A DNA stretch of 64,000 nucleotides from an uncultured Bacteroidota bacterium (GTDB lineage: Bacteria > Bacteroidota > Bacteroidia > Flavobacteriales > BACL11). Location of the stretch: NCBI GenBank assembly GCA_902627575.1, contig CACOJQ010000002.1, forward strand, positions 6,057 through 70,056, in the 5' to 3' direction. How positions within the stretch are numbered: the stretch's first letter is position 1; every line of letters begins with the position of its first letter. Position numbers and translations under genes: made by a program. The notes beneath the pieces are model-generated. The model worked only from the letters and a program-made list of their open reading frames with translations. It had not been told where the DNA came from and ran no database searches. Positions 19,166-29,895 of the stretch are shown one piece after another.

Positions 19166-20599
19166 ATGCCCGAAACAAGTTGTCAAGAAATTTGGAATAA
19201 TTGCTTAAATATAATAAGAGATAATGTTACAGCACAAAACTTCAAAACATGGTTTAAACCAATAAAAGCTGTAAGTCTAAACAAACAGATACTAACGATA
19301 CAGGTACCAAGTCAATTCTTTTATGAATGGATTGAAAATAATTATATAACTCTAATTAAAAAAACACTAAAAAGAGAACTAGGTAAAGATGCTAAACTTG
19401 AGTATAATATTTTATTAGATAATCCAGGATCTAAAAAACCTTACATCACTAAAGTTCCAAGTACAGGACAAGAAACAGTAACTAACCAGCCTATCAGCAT
19501 ACCAATGGATATGAGTAGCAGTTCTTCAATCAGAAATCCATTTATTATTCCTGGTCTGCAAAAAATAAACATAAATCCTCAACTAAACGAATCATATACA
19601 TTTGACGCTTTTGTTGAAGGTGACTGCAACAGATTAGCCCGATCTGCAGGATATGCAGTTTCTCAAAATCCAGGAGGAACGTCTTTTAATCCATTATTTA
19701 TTTACGGAAGTGGAGGACTAGGTAAAACTCATCTTGCCAATGCAATTGGAATCGAAATAAAAAACACAAAACCTGATAAAACAGTTTTATATGTTTCAGC
19801 TGATAAATTTCAAACTCAGTTCGTAGACGCAATAATGGATAATAAAAAAAATGATTTTGTTCATTTTTATCAATCTATAGACGTTTTAATTATCGATGAT
19901 GTACAATTTTTATGCGGTAAAGAAAAAACTCAAGATGTTTTCTTTCATATTTTTAACCATTTGCATCAAAATAAAAAACAAGTTATCCTTACCTCTGACA
20001 AAGCACCAGTTGATATAGTTGGTATAGAACAAAGGCTTTTATCTAGATTCAAATGGGGACTTTCTGCTGATCTTCAATCACCTGAACTAGAGACAAGACT
20101 TGCCATTCTTAAGAAAAAAATCAAAAAAGACGGAATTGAAATTCCATACGAAGTTATTGAGTATATCGCATATTCAATAACAACTAATGTTAGAGAGCTG
20201 GAAGGTGCTCTTATATCTTTGCTAGCACAATCTTCCTTAAACAAAAAGGAGATTACAATAGATTTAGCAAAAAGCATGCTTGATAAATTTGTCAAAAACA
20301 CAGTCCGCGAAGTTTCAATTGACTTTATACAAAAAGTCATATGTGACTACTTTGATATTCCTATTGAAACAATGAAATCTAAAACTAGAAAAAGAGAAAT
20401 TGTACAGTGCAGACAATTAGCTATGTACTTTTCAAAACAAATGACAAAAAATTCATTAGCTATGATTGGAAAACATTGCGGTAATAAAGATCACGCCACT
20501 GTTTTACACGCATGTAAAACAGTAAATAATCTTGCAGACACAGACAAACGCTTTAAAGGATATCTTTCAGACATAGAAAAAAAATTAACACTATCATAG
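19166..20599 (+). CDS. dnaA: chromosomal replication initiator protein DnaA
   Basis: Walker A GSGGLGKTHL, Walker B IDDVQFL, sensor VRELEGAL, and domain IV (DHATVLHACK). Confidence 0.98.
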   Translation: MPETSCQEIWNNCLNIIRDNVTAQNFKTWFKPIKAVSLNKQILTIQVPSQFFYEWIENNYITLIKKTLKRELGKDAKLEYNILLDNPGSKKPYITKVPSTGQETVTNQPISIPMDMSSSSSIRNPFIIPGLQKININPQLNESYTFDAFVEGDCNRLARSAGYAVSQNPGGTSFNPLFIYGSGGLGKTHLANAIGIEIKNTKPDKTVLYVSADKFQTQFVDAIMDNKKNDFVHFYQSIDVLIIDDVQFLCGKEKTQDVFFHIFNHLHQNKKQVILTSDKAPVDIVGIEQRLLSRFKWGLSADLQSPELETRLAILKKKIKKDGIEIPYEVIEYIAYSITTNVRELEGALISLLAQSSLNKKEITIDLAKSMLDKFVKNTVREVSIDFIQKVICDYFDIPIETMKSKTRKREIVQCRQLAMYFSKQMTKNSLAMIGKHCGNKDHATVLHACKTVNNLADTDKRFKGYLSDIEKKLTLS

Positions 20600-20601
20600 G
20601 A

Positions 20602-21053
20602 ATGAAAATACTAATGGTTTGCTTAGGCAACATATGTAGATCTCCTCTAGCTGAAGGAATTCTTAAAAAAAAAATAAACAAAATTTGATTAAATTGGTGG
20701 AATCTGCTGGAACAGCAGATTATCATTCAGGCAAATCTCCTGACAGAAGAGCAATAGAAATTGCGAAAAAAAACAACATCAATATCAGCAAGTACAAAGC
20801 AAGACAATTTGAAAAATCTGATTTCAACAAGTTCGATATTATTTTCGCTATGGATATTAATAATTATAATGATTTAAAAAAAATAGCTACTGAAACTAAA
20901 GAAAAAGAAAAAATCAAACTAATTTTAAATGAAATAGAACCATGCTTAAATAAATCCGTACCAGACCCATATTACGGAAACAAAGATGGATTTGAAATAG
21001 TTTTTAAATTATTAGATAAGGCTTGCGATAAAATAATAAAAAACATTGAGTAA
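20602..21053 (+). pseudogene. low-molecular-weight phosphotyrosine protein phosphatase, interrupted by a frameshift in an A10 tract
   Basis: ATG at 20602 encodes MKILMVCLGNICRSPLAEGILKKK (CX5R P-loop) and stops at 20686-20688. The rest (VESAGT...DPYYG) continues from 20685 in another frame. Adding one A to the run at 20665-20674 restores a 150-aa protein. Confidence 0.8.
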
Positions 21054-21759
21054 AGGAAAACTATATTTAATACCTTCAGTAATAGCTGAAAATCGACATG
21101 AAGAATCCTTAACTAAACCAATTAAAAAAGCGATTCAAGAAATAGATATTTTTATTGTAGAAAACATAAAGTCTGCAAGAAGAAACATTAAAAAAATATA
21201 TAAAGAGAAAAATATTAATGAAATAATATTTTTATTAAATGGTAAGCATAATAAAATAAACTTACAAGAAGATTTTTTAAAAAATATTTTACTAAATAAA
21301 AATATTGGGCTACTATCAGATGTCGGCATGCCTTGTATTGCTGATCCGGGAGCTGAAATTGTTTGTTACGCACACGAATATCAAGTAGATGTGGTCCCCT
21401 TGGTTGGCCCATCCTCGATATTACTTGCATTAATGGGTTCTGGATTTAACGGGCAAAACTTTACTTTTAATGGCTATTTGGCTATAGAAAAAAAAATGAG
21501 AGAAAAACAACTAAAACAATTTGAACAAATTATTCTATCAAAAAATCAAACACAAATATTTATTGAAACCCCATACAGAAATAATCAACTATTTTCAAGT
21601 ATTTTAAATACTTGCTCTAACAAAATAAAGTTGTGCATTGCATGCGATTTAACCTCTACCAAAGAATATGTCAAAACAAAATATCTTTATGAATGGAAGT
21701 CACAAAAAATAAAATTAGAAAAAAAACCAACTATTTTCTTATTAGGTAGAAACTTATAA
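21046..21759 (+). CDS. SAM-dependent methyltransferase, tetrapyrrole-methylase fold (RsmI-like)
   Basis: GKLYLIP, LLSDVGMPCIADPG, PLVGPSS. TTG start overlapping the phosphatase stop. Confidence 0.75.
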   Translation: MSKGKLYLIPSVIAENRHEESLTKPIKKAIQEIDIFIVENIKSARRNIKKIYKEKNINEIIFLLNGKHNKINLQEDFLKNILLNKNIGLLSDVGMPCIADPGAEIVCYAHEYQVDVVPLVGPSSILLALMGSGFNGQNFTFNGYLAIEKKMREKQLKQFEQIILSKNQTQIFIETPYRNNQLFSSILNTCSNKIKLCIACDLTSTKEYVKTKYLYEWKSQKIKLEKKPTIFLLGRNL

Positions 21760-21814
21760 TTAATTGATATTTTATAACATAAGTAGTTTTTTTTGCTTTT
21801 TATATCTTTGTATT

Positions 21815-22117
21815 ATGGGTAAAGAAAAATCATTTTATGTCCAAATTATTAATCTTATACGTAACAAATACACAATAACAATTTTTCTTTTTTTAATTTG
21901 GATGCTTTTTATTGATGATTATAACTTAATAAATAAAAAATCAACAATCAAAAAAATAAATTATTTACAAGAAAGAAAGAAATTTCTAAGCAACGAAATA
22001 AAAAAAGATAGCATAAAAAAAATACTTTTAGAAAATAATGCTAATGAACAAGAAAGAATAGCTAGAGAGAAATACCTAATGAAAAAAGATAATGAAGATC
22101 TTTTTATTATACGATGA
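21815..22117 (+). CDS. septum formation initiator family protein (FtsB/DivIC-like)
   Basis: One N-terminal TM helix followed by a coiled-coil and a REKYLMKK-type tail. ATG at 21815 preferred. Confidence 0.6.
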   Translation: MGKEKSFYVQIINLIRNKYTITIFLFLIWMLFIDDYNLINKKSTIKKINYLQERKKFLSNEIKKDSIKKILLENNANEQERIAREKYLMKKDNEDLFIIR

Positions 22118-25100
22118 AAAAAAACAAAAAATTAGAATATAATTTCAAACCTGTTACAAAGAAAGAGTGGGAAAAACAACTATACCTCAACTTAAATTTA
22201 ACAAATAAAAATAACTTAAAAAAAAAGAGACAAGGAATAAATATTGATACTTTGTATCATTATGACGACAAAATAAAATCGTTTAACATCAACTTTCCAG
22301 AAAGTTGGCATATTTATGAATTTATAGAGGTTGTAGACGCAAAAAAAGCAAATAAGTTAGCATTAAATGCTTTAAAAAATAATGTTAATGGTATTTGCTT
22401 CTCTAACCCAAAAAATTTATCTTATTTACTTAAAGATATATCTATTGAGCATATCAGATTAGATTTTTCTAATTATGAAAAAAATTTCCCAAACAAATGG
22501 AATGAATTTTCAAAAAACAGAAAAGTTCAAGGAGCATTTCATGGTTACACAGATTTTGATACTAAAAATTTTTTAAACTCAATAATTGTAAGAGGTGACA
22601 CTGTAAATGAACAAATTAAAAGTGCATTATCTCAAACAAAAAGCAGCAAAAAAAACTATCAGTTCGTTTTTGAAATAGGAAGTGACTTTTTTTTAGAAAT
22701 AGCAAAAATTAAAGCTTTTAGAATAATATGGAAAAACAAATCAGGATTTGACCCATTTATTTTATCTACAAACAGTTCCAAAGACAAAGAAGATACATTT
22801 GCTTACAATAATATAATTAAAAACACAACACAATGTATGTCAGCAATTTTTGGAGGCACTAATGCTATCATGAGTTACCCTAAAGAACTTAAACTCAAGG
22901 AAGGAAATGAGTTTAAAGCTAGAATATGCAGAAATCAACAAATCATTCTTAAAAAAGAAAGTTTCTTTGATAAAGTTGAAGACCCCACAAAAGGTTCATA
23001 TTTTATTGATTATTTAGTAGCTGAAATTTTAAAAGAGTTTAACATAACAAAAAGTATAAATCATAAAAAAGCAACATCTTTTTGGAAAACAGCGGAGGAT
23101 ATTACAATCAAGAATAGATTTAATAAAGATGATCTAAAAAATATAAAACATTTAAACTACGTTTCTGGCATACCCCCATATTTAAGAGGACCATATACTA
23201 CAATGTACTCAACTAGACCATGGACAATAAGACAATATGCAGGCTTTTCTACAGCTATGGAATCAAATAAATTTTATAGAAAAAATCTTGAAGCTGGTCA
23301 AAAAGGATTGTCAGTTGCCTTTGATCTTGCAACGCATAGAGGATATGATTCAGATCATGTAAGGGTGAAAGGAGATATAGGAATGGCAGGAGTGGCTATT
23401 GATTCTATTGAAGACATGAAAATACTTTTTGATAGAATTCCACTTGATAAAATGTCAGTATCAATGACTATGAATGGGGCAGTATTGCCAATATTAGCTT
23501 TTTATATTGCAGTAGCTAAAGAACAAAATGTTAAAATTGATAAACTGGCGGGCACAATACAAAACGATATTTTAAAAGAATTTATGGTAAGAAATACTTA
23601 CATATATCCTCCTGAAAAATCAATGAGAATAATTTCAGATATTTTTAAATATACTTCGCAAAAAATGCCAAAATTTAATAGTATATCTGTATCAGGTTAT
23701 CATATGCAAGAAGCAGGTGCAACTGCAGATATTGAACTTGCATATACATTGGCAGATGGTTTAGAATATGTGAGAACAGGTATAAAAGCAGGAATTAATA
23801 TTGATGATTTTGCCCCAAGAATTTCATTTTTTTGGGGAATTGGCATGAATCATTTTATGGAAATAGCCAAAATGAGAGCAGCTAGGCTACTATGGGCTCA
23901 ATTAATTTCCGAATTTAACCCCAAGAATCCTAAATCTTTAATGCTTAGAACTCATTGCCAAACAAGTGGATGGAGTTTGACAGAACAAGATCCATTTAAT
24001 AATATAACAAGAACATGTGTTGAAGCGATGGCTGCAGTAATGGGAGGAACACAAAGTCTACACACAAACGCGTTGGACGAAGCTATTGCACTACCAACAG
24101 AATTTTCTGCCAAAATCGCAAGAGAAACTCAACTTTATTTGCAAAAAGAAGCAAATCTATGTGATGTTGTTGACCCTTGGGGAGGATCAATATATATTGA
24201 ATACCTTACAAAAGAGATTGCTGAAAAGGCTTGGTTGCTAATAAATGAAATTGAAGAACTTGGGGGGATGGCTAAAGCTATAGAAACTGGTGTGCCAAAA
24301 ATTAAAATTGAACAAGCTGCAGCAAAAAAACAAGCAAGGATTGATAATAATGAAGATATAATTGTTGGCATTAATTTTAACCCGCTTGAACGTGAAGATA
24401 GTTCAATAGAAATACTTGAGATAAATAATGATGAAGTCAGAAAATCCCAAATCAAAAAACTAAAGAGTCTTAAAAAGAATAGAAATAATAAAAAAATCAA
24501 GAAAATACTATCAAAGATTACTAATGCATGTAATAATAATGACAATCTTTTAGAACTAGCTATATTAGCTGCAGAAGAAAGAGCAACATTGGGAGAAATT
24601 TCACATGCGCTAGAAAAAAATTTTGGTAGATATGTTGCTAAAAACCAAACATTAACAGGAGTATACAAAATGGCTATAAAAGAGAATAAATATTTTGATG
24701 AAGCCTCAAATTTATCAAATAAATTTGCACAAAAAAATGGAAGAAGAGCAAGAATCATGATAGCTAAAATGGGACAAGACGGACATGATAGAGGAGCTAA
24801 AATAGTAGCTACTGCATTTGCAGACTTAGGATTTGATGTGGATATTGGTCCTCTCTTTCAAACACCTGAAGAAGTCGCTAATCAAGCTATTGAAAATGAT
24901 GTTCATATGATTGGAATCTCTTCTCTTGCTGCAGGTCATAAAACATTAATACCTGAAGTAATAAAGCAGCTTAAAAAGCATAATCGTCAAGATATTTTAG
25001 TAATTGCAGGAGGTGTAATACCTCAACAAGATCATGATTTTTTATATAAAGCTGGTGTATCTAAGATTTTTGGTCCTGGAAGTGTTATAGCAAAATCTGC

Positions 25101-25128
25101 AATTGAGATACTACATAAGTTATTGTAA
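22114..25128 (+). CDS. mutB: methylmalonyl-CoA mutase: small-subunit-like N-terminal region fused to the large, B12-binding subunit
   Basis: From about residue 320: [44 protein letters not shown], and the C-terminal B12 domain [11 protein letters not shown] (DxHxxG). The first ~315 aa resemble MutA ([12 protein letters not shown]..., TNAIMSYP). Confidence 0.9.
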   Translation: MKKNKKLEYNFKPVTKKEWEKQLYLNLNLTNKNNLKKKRQGINIDTLYHYDDKIKSFNINFPESWHIYEFIEVVDAKKANKLALNALKNNVNGICFSNPKNLSYLLKDISIEHIRLDFSNYEKNFPNKWNEFSKNRKVQGAFHGYTDFDTKNFLNSIIVRGDTVNEQIKSALSQTKSSKKNYQFVFEIGSDFFLEIAKIKAFRIIWKNKSGFDPFILSTNSSKDKEDTFAYNNIIKNTTQCMSAIFGGTNAIMSYPKELKLKEGNEFKARICRNQQIILKKESFFDKVEDPTKGSYFIDYLVAEILKEFNITKSINHKKATSFWKTAEDITIKNRFNKDDLKNIKHLNYVSGIPPYLRGPYTTMYSTRPWTIRQYAGFSTAMESNKFYRKNLEAGQKGLSVAFDLATHRGYDSDHVRVKGDIGMAGVAIDSIEDMKILFDRIPLDKMSVSMTMNGAVLPILAFYIAVAKEQNVKIDKLAGTIQNDILKEFMVRNTYIYPPEKSMRIISDIFKYTSQKMPKFNSISVSGYHMQEAGATADIELAYTLADGLEYVRTGIKAGINIDDFAPRISFFWGIGMNHFMEIAKMRAARLLWAQLISEFNPKNPKSLMLRTHCQTSGWSLTEQDPFNNITRTCVEAMAAVMGGTQSLHTNALDEAIALPTEFSAKIARETQLYLQKEANLCDVVDPWGGSIYIEYLTKEIAEKAWLLINEIEELGGMAKAIETGVPKIKIEQAAAKKQARIDNNEDIIVGINFNPLEREDSSIEILEINNDEVRKSQIKKLKSLKKNRNNKKIKKILSKITNACNNNDNLLELAILAAEERATLGEISHALEKNFGRYVAKNQTLTGVYKMAIKENKYFDEASNLSNKFAQKNGRRARIMIAKMGQDGHDRGAKIVATAFADLGFDVDIGPLFQTPEEVANQAIENDVHMIGISSLAAGHKTLIPEVIKQLKKHNRQDILVIAGGVIPQQDHDFLYKAGVSKIFGPGSVIAKSAIEILHKLL

Positions 25129-25926
25129 AACCACAAACTTTGTAACTGTTTTATTTTTACCACTTAAAAAACTCAAAAAGTAAGTTCCATTTTCAAGGTG
25201 GCTTATATCAATTTTCAAATTATCTAAATAACTTTGTAGATTCTTAAAAGAATAAGATTCTATAGCTTTGCCATAAATATTTTTTATTTCTAAGCCTTTA
25301 AAATTAATGAAATTTTCTTCAGTGAAAGTTATATTTAAAGTTTTACTAGCGGGATTTGGAAAAACATGAATAGATGAATTAGCAATATTTGGCACAAAAC
25401 TTAGTGCCAAAGCATTGTTTATTGCCATTTCAACAGCCGCATAATTAATTTTATCATCATTTTCATTATAGAGAACAGTATGATCCTCACCTGCTAAAAC
25501 AACAACTTTTGGCATTCCTGGTGAACCGTAATCAAGCATATTTATTGCAGGAGAAGAAAATGCAGTATGATTTGGCATATTATAGTTAATTGCCCAGTTA
25601 GCAATCGATGCACAAGAACTATTTGCATAATCATCAGCTAAATAAAAATCAACTAAGCCTGGATGTGTTGAAGAAAACGCCTGAACAGCATTGTAGGCAG
25701 GAAGTGTATATGTAGCACAAGGACCACATGGCATTACCCACGAAATAACAATTACATTTCCAGCATCTAAAGAGTCAAATAAATTATGTGTTACACCATT
25801 ACAATCCTCAGTTGTAAAATCTGTAGCATTATTCTGTGAATAGACAGAGTAATTTAAAATAAATAGCAAAAGAAGTAGTAAATTTTTCATTTTCAGTAGA
25901 GTTAAGTTTTTCATTTTCATAAACAT
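25120..25926 (-). CDS. thioredoxin-fold redoxin (TlpA-like, CGPC active site) with a T9SS C-terminal sorting domain
   Basis: Signal peptide, [20 protein letters not shown], and a C-terminal T9SS tail ([16 protein letters not shown]...[22 protein letters not shown]). The start could be any of four in-frame Met codons. Confidence 0.75.
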   Translation of the reverse strand: MFMKMKNLTLLKMKNLLLLLLFILNYSVYSQNNATDFTTEDCNGVTHNLFDSLDAGNVIVISWVMPCGPCATYTLPAYNAVQAFSSTHPGLVDFYLADDYANSSCASIANWAINYNMPNHTAFSSPAINMLDYGSPGMPKVVVLAGEDHTVLYNENDDKINYAAVEMAINNALALSFVPNIANSSIHVFPNPASKTLNITFTEENFINFKGLEIKNIYGKAIESYSFKNLQSYLDNLKIDISHLENGTYFLSFLSGKNKTVTKFVVLQ

Positions 25927-28133
25927 TAATTAAATTTATATCTAGCACCTAAATAAAAATTCCTTCCCATAACTGGTGCCCATATTAATGCAGCATCAAA
26001 ATCATTACCAAAAGGATTTTCAGAATCTATTATTGGATTAGGCTGAGTAAAATTAGTAATATTTTCTCCGCCTAAATATAAATCAAATGACTCAAACTTA
26101 TAAGTAACTTGATTATTTAAAATTAAAAATGGATCAGAAAATTTTTCATTGGAAACTAAGTTTTCAGGAAGTCTACTCTTTCCATTGTAATTTAGTGTAA
26201 TATCAAACAACAGTTTTTCATCATTAGTTTCGTATGATAAATTTATTAACGCTCTACTGAATGGCTGTAGAGGCAGTTCCTTTTCTATATTATTATATGT
26301 AGAAATAGAGTTATTTAATTTGTAGCTTAAACGTAAACTCAAATTATATAAAATATTGTAGTCTGCATCAATTTGTAGTACATTTGAATATGATACTCCC
26401 TCAAGATTACTAAATTGTAATACATTTCTTTCCTCAAGATTAACGATAATCTGATTATTAAATACTGTTCGATATAAATCTACATTTAAAACTCCTTCAT
26501 TATCTAGAAAGTAAAAGCAATATGACAAATTTAAGCCATAATTCCATCCAACTTCTGGATCAAGTGTATAATCATTAAATATAAGTCGTGATGATGCTAA
26601 ATATTGTAGATTCTCAGAAAAGATATTTGATATACGAAAAGATCTTCCTGCTGAAATTCTTAGAGCTGTGTTATCATTAGCATTGTACTTTAAGTTAAAT
26701 CTTGGCAAGACATAAATCTTATTTTTATTATTATAATAATCTGATCTAATACCTGAAATCAAATTTAACTTTTGTTTTTCATATTGATGCTCCAGAAAAA
26801 CTCCAGAAACTAAGTCAACTCGTCTTTTGTTATTAAAAGGGTTTGATATGTTTCCTGTAAATGACTCTACATACCTATCAGCAAAATAACTTGACCCATA
26901 TTTTATTAGATTAAATTCATTTGTTTGTTCTTCGCTAATAAAATTAAATGATATGCTTTCCTGTGTTGCATCATATTTATTATTACCGAAAACTGCACCT
27001 AATTTATGCGAGGTAAAACTATACTGAGATCCTATACTTTTTGCTGTATCTCTAATATAGCCTAACTTACCATATACTTGAAATATATTATTATTTATAT
27101 CAGCTTTGTATGGGTTATCAATTGATGTAATTTGACCAGCCAATCTTTCCTCGAAAACACCTCTAAAATTTATTTGATATTTTAATTTATTAGATCCATT
27201 ATATTGCCATCTATTGAGAATATTAAATTGTTTGAATTTGGGCATGTCAATAAAACCATCTCCTTTTTCAGATGAATTTAAACTGATGCCATGATGGTCA
27301 ATTTCTCTATCAAAATAACTCATATGAGCAAATAAATTTGAGCTCCATTTATCATAATGTTTAGTTAAAATTAAATTTTTTTCTAATTTTCCAATCAAAC
27401 TTGCATATAAATTTAATTTGATTTTATCTGATGAATCTTCAGGTTTAAAGTATTCAACATTGATCTGTCCTGTTAAAGATTCAAAACCATTAACTACTGA
27501 AGCAGATCCCTTAGTAATTTGAATATTTTCAATCCAAGTTCCAGGTACATAAGTCAAACCATAAGATCTTTGCATCCCTCTAACTAATGGAAGTAGTTCG
27601 CTTGTAATTTGAACATAATTACCCGCTAAACCTAACATTTTAATCTGTTTAATACCACTAACTGCATCAGAATAAGAAACATCAACTGAACTATTTGTTT
27701 CAAAAGTTTCTGACAGATTACAACAAGCAGCTTTGTGAATTTCTTTAACTGTTATTGTTTGGGTATTTACAGGATTTATTAAAGAAATTTGAGTTGCATT
27801 TGTTTTCTCATTTATTTCAACGTCTTTTAAGTCTACTGAATTTTGCATTACAACAAAAAGGGTGTTATCTATAAACTGAGTACTTAATATATTATAGCCA
27901 ACATAACTAAAATTTATTTCAGAAAAATCATCACTTATATTTCTTAAAGTAAAAACACCATTTTTGTCTGTAGTTGTTCCGATAGTTGAATTTTTCCAGT
28001 ATACATTTGCACCAAAAATAGGAATAGTATCACCGCTACTAGAAAATTCAAAAACTTTACCAACTATGTTAGGCTGAGATTTTGCGTCTAATATGAGGAA
28101 AAAAAATAAAACTATTAAATTAGTTATTCTCAT
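25926..28133 (-). CDS. TonB-dependent receptor with N-terminal carboxypeptidase-regulatory-like domain
   Basis: 735 aa. Signal peptide, CarbopepD_reg-like VGKV...TDKNGVFTL, plug region (KAACCNLSETFETN, ITKGSASVVNGFESLTGQINVE), and a beta-barrel ending in an aromatic residue (YKFN). Confidence 0.9.
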   Translation of the reverse strand: MRITNLIVLFFFLILDAKSQPNIVGKVFEFSSSGDTIPIFGANVYWKNSTIGTTTDKNGVFTLRNISDDFSEINFSYVGYNILSTQFIDNTLFVVMQNSVDLKDVEINEKTNATQISLINPVNTQTITVKEIHKAACCNLSETFETNSSVDVSYSDAVSGIKQIKMLGLAGNYVQITSELLPLVRGMQRSYGLTYVPGTWIENIQITKGSASVVNGFESLTGQINVEYFKPEDSSDKIKLNLYASLIGKLEKNLILTKHYDKWSSNLFAHMSYFDREIDHHGISLNSSEKGDGFIDMPKFKQFNILNRWQYNGSNKLKYQINFRGVFEERLAGQITSIDNPYKADINNNIFQVYGKLGYIRDTAKSIGSQYSFTSHKLGAVFGNNKYDATQESISFNFISEEQTNEFNLIKYGSSYFADRYVESFTGNISNPFNNKRRVDLVSGVFLEHQYEKQKLNLISGIRSDYYNNKNKIYVLPRFNLKYNANDNTALRISAGRSFRISNIFSENLQYLASSRLIFNDYTLDPEVGWNYGLNLSYCFYFLDNEGVLNVDLYRTVFNNQIIVNLEERNVLQFSNLEGVSYSNVLQIDADYNILYNLSLRLSYKLNNSISTYNNIEKELPLQPFSRALINLSYETNDEKLLFDITLNYNGKSRLPENLVSNEKFSDPFLILNNQVTYKFESFDLYLGGENITNFTQPNPIIDSENPFGNDFDAALIWAPVMGRNFYLGARYKFN

Positions 28134-28621
28134 TTTTTTCTTAATTTAATTGTATAAATATACAAAATTCCAATTAAACCAGAAATTAAAATAGCAACAG
28201 AACCTAAAGCATATTCATCTCTTCCGTCCCAACTTGCATAATCAAATATATTTCCATTACCGAGTGTCGAAAGTGAAAAAACAAAAAAAGATGATATTAC
28301 AGTCATAAATGCAATCATTAGCACAATAATATTTTTAACCTTACTTGTTAAAGTTTTTCCAGATGCATAATAATCAAAAATTGCTGCACCAAAAAAACGG
28401 TTTGAAAGTGTCCATACAAAAAGTCTTTTACTAGATAAAGAAAATAAAAACGCAGCAGGCACTGCCCAAGAAACAGTAGGCCATCCAGGAATCCAAATAC
28501 CAATGATAGCAAAAACAACGAACAAAAAACCTAGTGAAATAAATAATTTTTTTTTAAAGGGGCTACTATCAACAGAATATTTATTGACAATCTCATCAAC
28601 TGTTTTTAATTTTTTACTCAT
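28130..28621 (-). CDS. ybaN: DUF454 (YbaN) family inner-membrane protein
   Basis: IIGIWIPGWPTVSWAVPAAFLFSLSSKRLFVW matches the YbaN core pattern. Four predicted TM segments. Confidence 0.75.
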   Translation of the reverse strand: MSKKLKTVDEIVNKYSVDSSPFKKKLFISLGFLFVVFAIIGIWIPGWPTVSWAVPAAFLFSLSSKRLFVWTLSNRFFGAAIFDYYASGKTLTSKVKNIIVLMIAFMTVISSFFVFSLSTLGNGNIFDYASWDGRDEYALGSVAILISGLIGILYIYTIKLRKK

Positions 28622-28623
28622 GT

Positions 28624-29835
28624 TTAAAATGAAAGTATTGTTTTTTTAATTATAAAAATACATTCATGTAGTTGTTTTTCTGAGATAATCAAAGGAGGTG
28701 CGAATCTAATAATATCACCATGGGTTGGTTTTGCTAACAAACCATTATCTCTTAACCTTAGGCATACATCCCATGCATCATTTCCATTTTTAGGTTTTAT
28801 TACAATTGCATTTAATAAACCTTTTCCTCTTACTGTAGTTATCATATCTGAACTTATTTTTTTAAGCTCATCTCTTAAAATATTGCCTAAAATTAGCGCG
28901 TTTTCGGCTAATCTTTCATTCTTTATAACTTCTAATGCCGCAACAGCAACTTTATTAGCCAATGGATTACCTCCATAGGTAGAACCATGTTCACCAGGCT
29001 TTATACACATCATTATTTCATTATCTGCTAAAACAGCAGAAACTGGAAAAACACCACCTGAAAGGGCTTTACCTAAAACTAAAATATCGGGACGAGCATC
29101 TTCATAATCAGTTGCCAACAATTTTCCTGTTCGAGCTATTCCTGTTTGAACTTCATCGGCAATAAATAATACATTGTATTTATCACATAATTTTCTTACA
29201 CCAGACAAATAACCTTCAGATGGAACAACAACTCCTGCCTCACCCTGAATAGGCTCAACCATAAATGCCGCTACATTTGGATCTTTAAACTCTTTCTCAA
29301 GTGCTTGTAAATCATCATATGGAACTAAATCGTATCCTGGCATATATGGTCCAAATCCTTCATATGATAACGGATCGTCGGATGAAGAAATAGCTGCTAA
29401 TGTTCTCCCCCAAAAATTTCCTTTAGCAAAAATTATTCTTGCTTTATTATTTGGAATCCCTTTTTTCATATAACCCCACTTTCTAGCCAACTTATTTGCA
29501 GTCTCTCCACCCTCAACACCTGTATTCATTGGTAATACCTTTTCATAACCAAAATATTCAGTTATATATTTTTCATATTCACCCAAAGTATCATTATGAA
29601 AGGCTCTTGAGGTTAGAGTTAAAATATCTGCCTGCTGTTTCAAAGCTTGTATAATTTTTGGATGAGAGTGTCCTTGATTGACAGCAGAATATGCAGAGAG
29701 AAAATCGTAATATTTATTACCTTCAACATCCCAAACAAATACACCTTCCCCCCTACTTAAAACAACTGGAAGTGGATGGTAATTATGAGCCCCGTATTCA
29801 TGCTCTAAGTTTATGTAGTATTTTGATGAATTCAT
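28624..29835 (-). CDS. rocD: ornithine--oxo-acid aminotransferase
   Basis: [31 protein letters not shown], class-III aminotransferase layout. Confidence 0.9.
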   Translation of the reverse strand: MNSSKYYINLEHEYGAHNYHPLPVVLSRGEGVFVWDVEGNKYYDFLSAYSAVNQGHSHPKIIQALKQQADILTLTSRAFHNDTLGEYEKYITEYFGYEKVLPMNTGVEGGETANKLARKWGYMKKGIPNNKARIIFAKGNFWGRTLAAISSSDDPLSYEGFGPYMPGYDLVPYDDLQALEKEFKDPNVAAFMVEPIQGEAGVVVPSEGYLSGVRKLCDKYNVLFIADEVQTGIARTGKLLATDYEDARPDILVLGKALSGGVFPVSAVLADNEIMMCIKPGEHGSTYGGNPLANKVAVAALEVIKNERLAENALILGNILRDELKKISSDMITTVRGKGLLNAIVIKPKNGNDAWDVCLRLRDNGLLAKPTHGDIIRFAPPLIISEKQLHECIFIIKKTILSF

Positions 29836-29895
29836 TATGTGTTTTTTAATATAGCAAATATACAGTATTATTAAGTAAATATATAACTTTACAAA

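Noticed and set aside
24135-24758. 207-aa ORF antisense to the methylmalonyl-CoA mutase gene
   Set aside because: It lies entirely within, and opposite to, a strongly conserved coding region. The sequence is low-complexity (Phe/Ser/Leu/Ile-rich), typical of the reverse frame of AT-rich Lys/Glu-rich genes.
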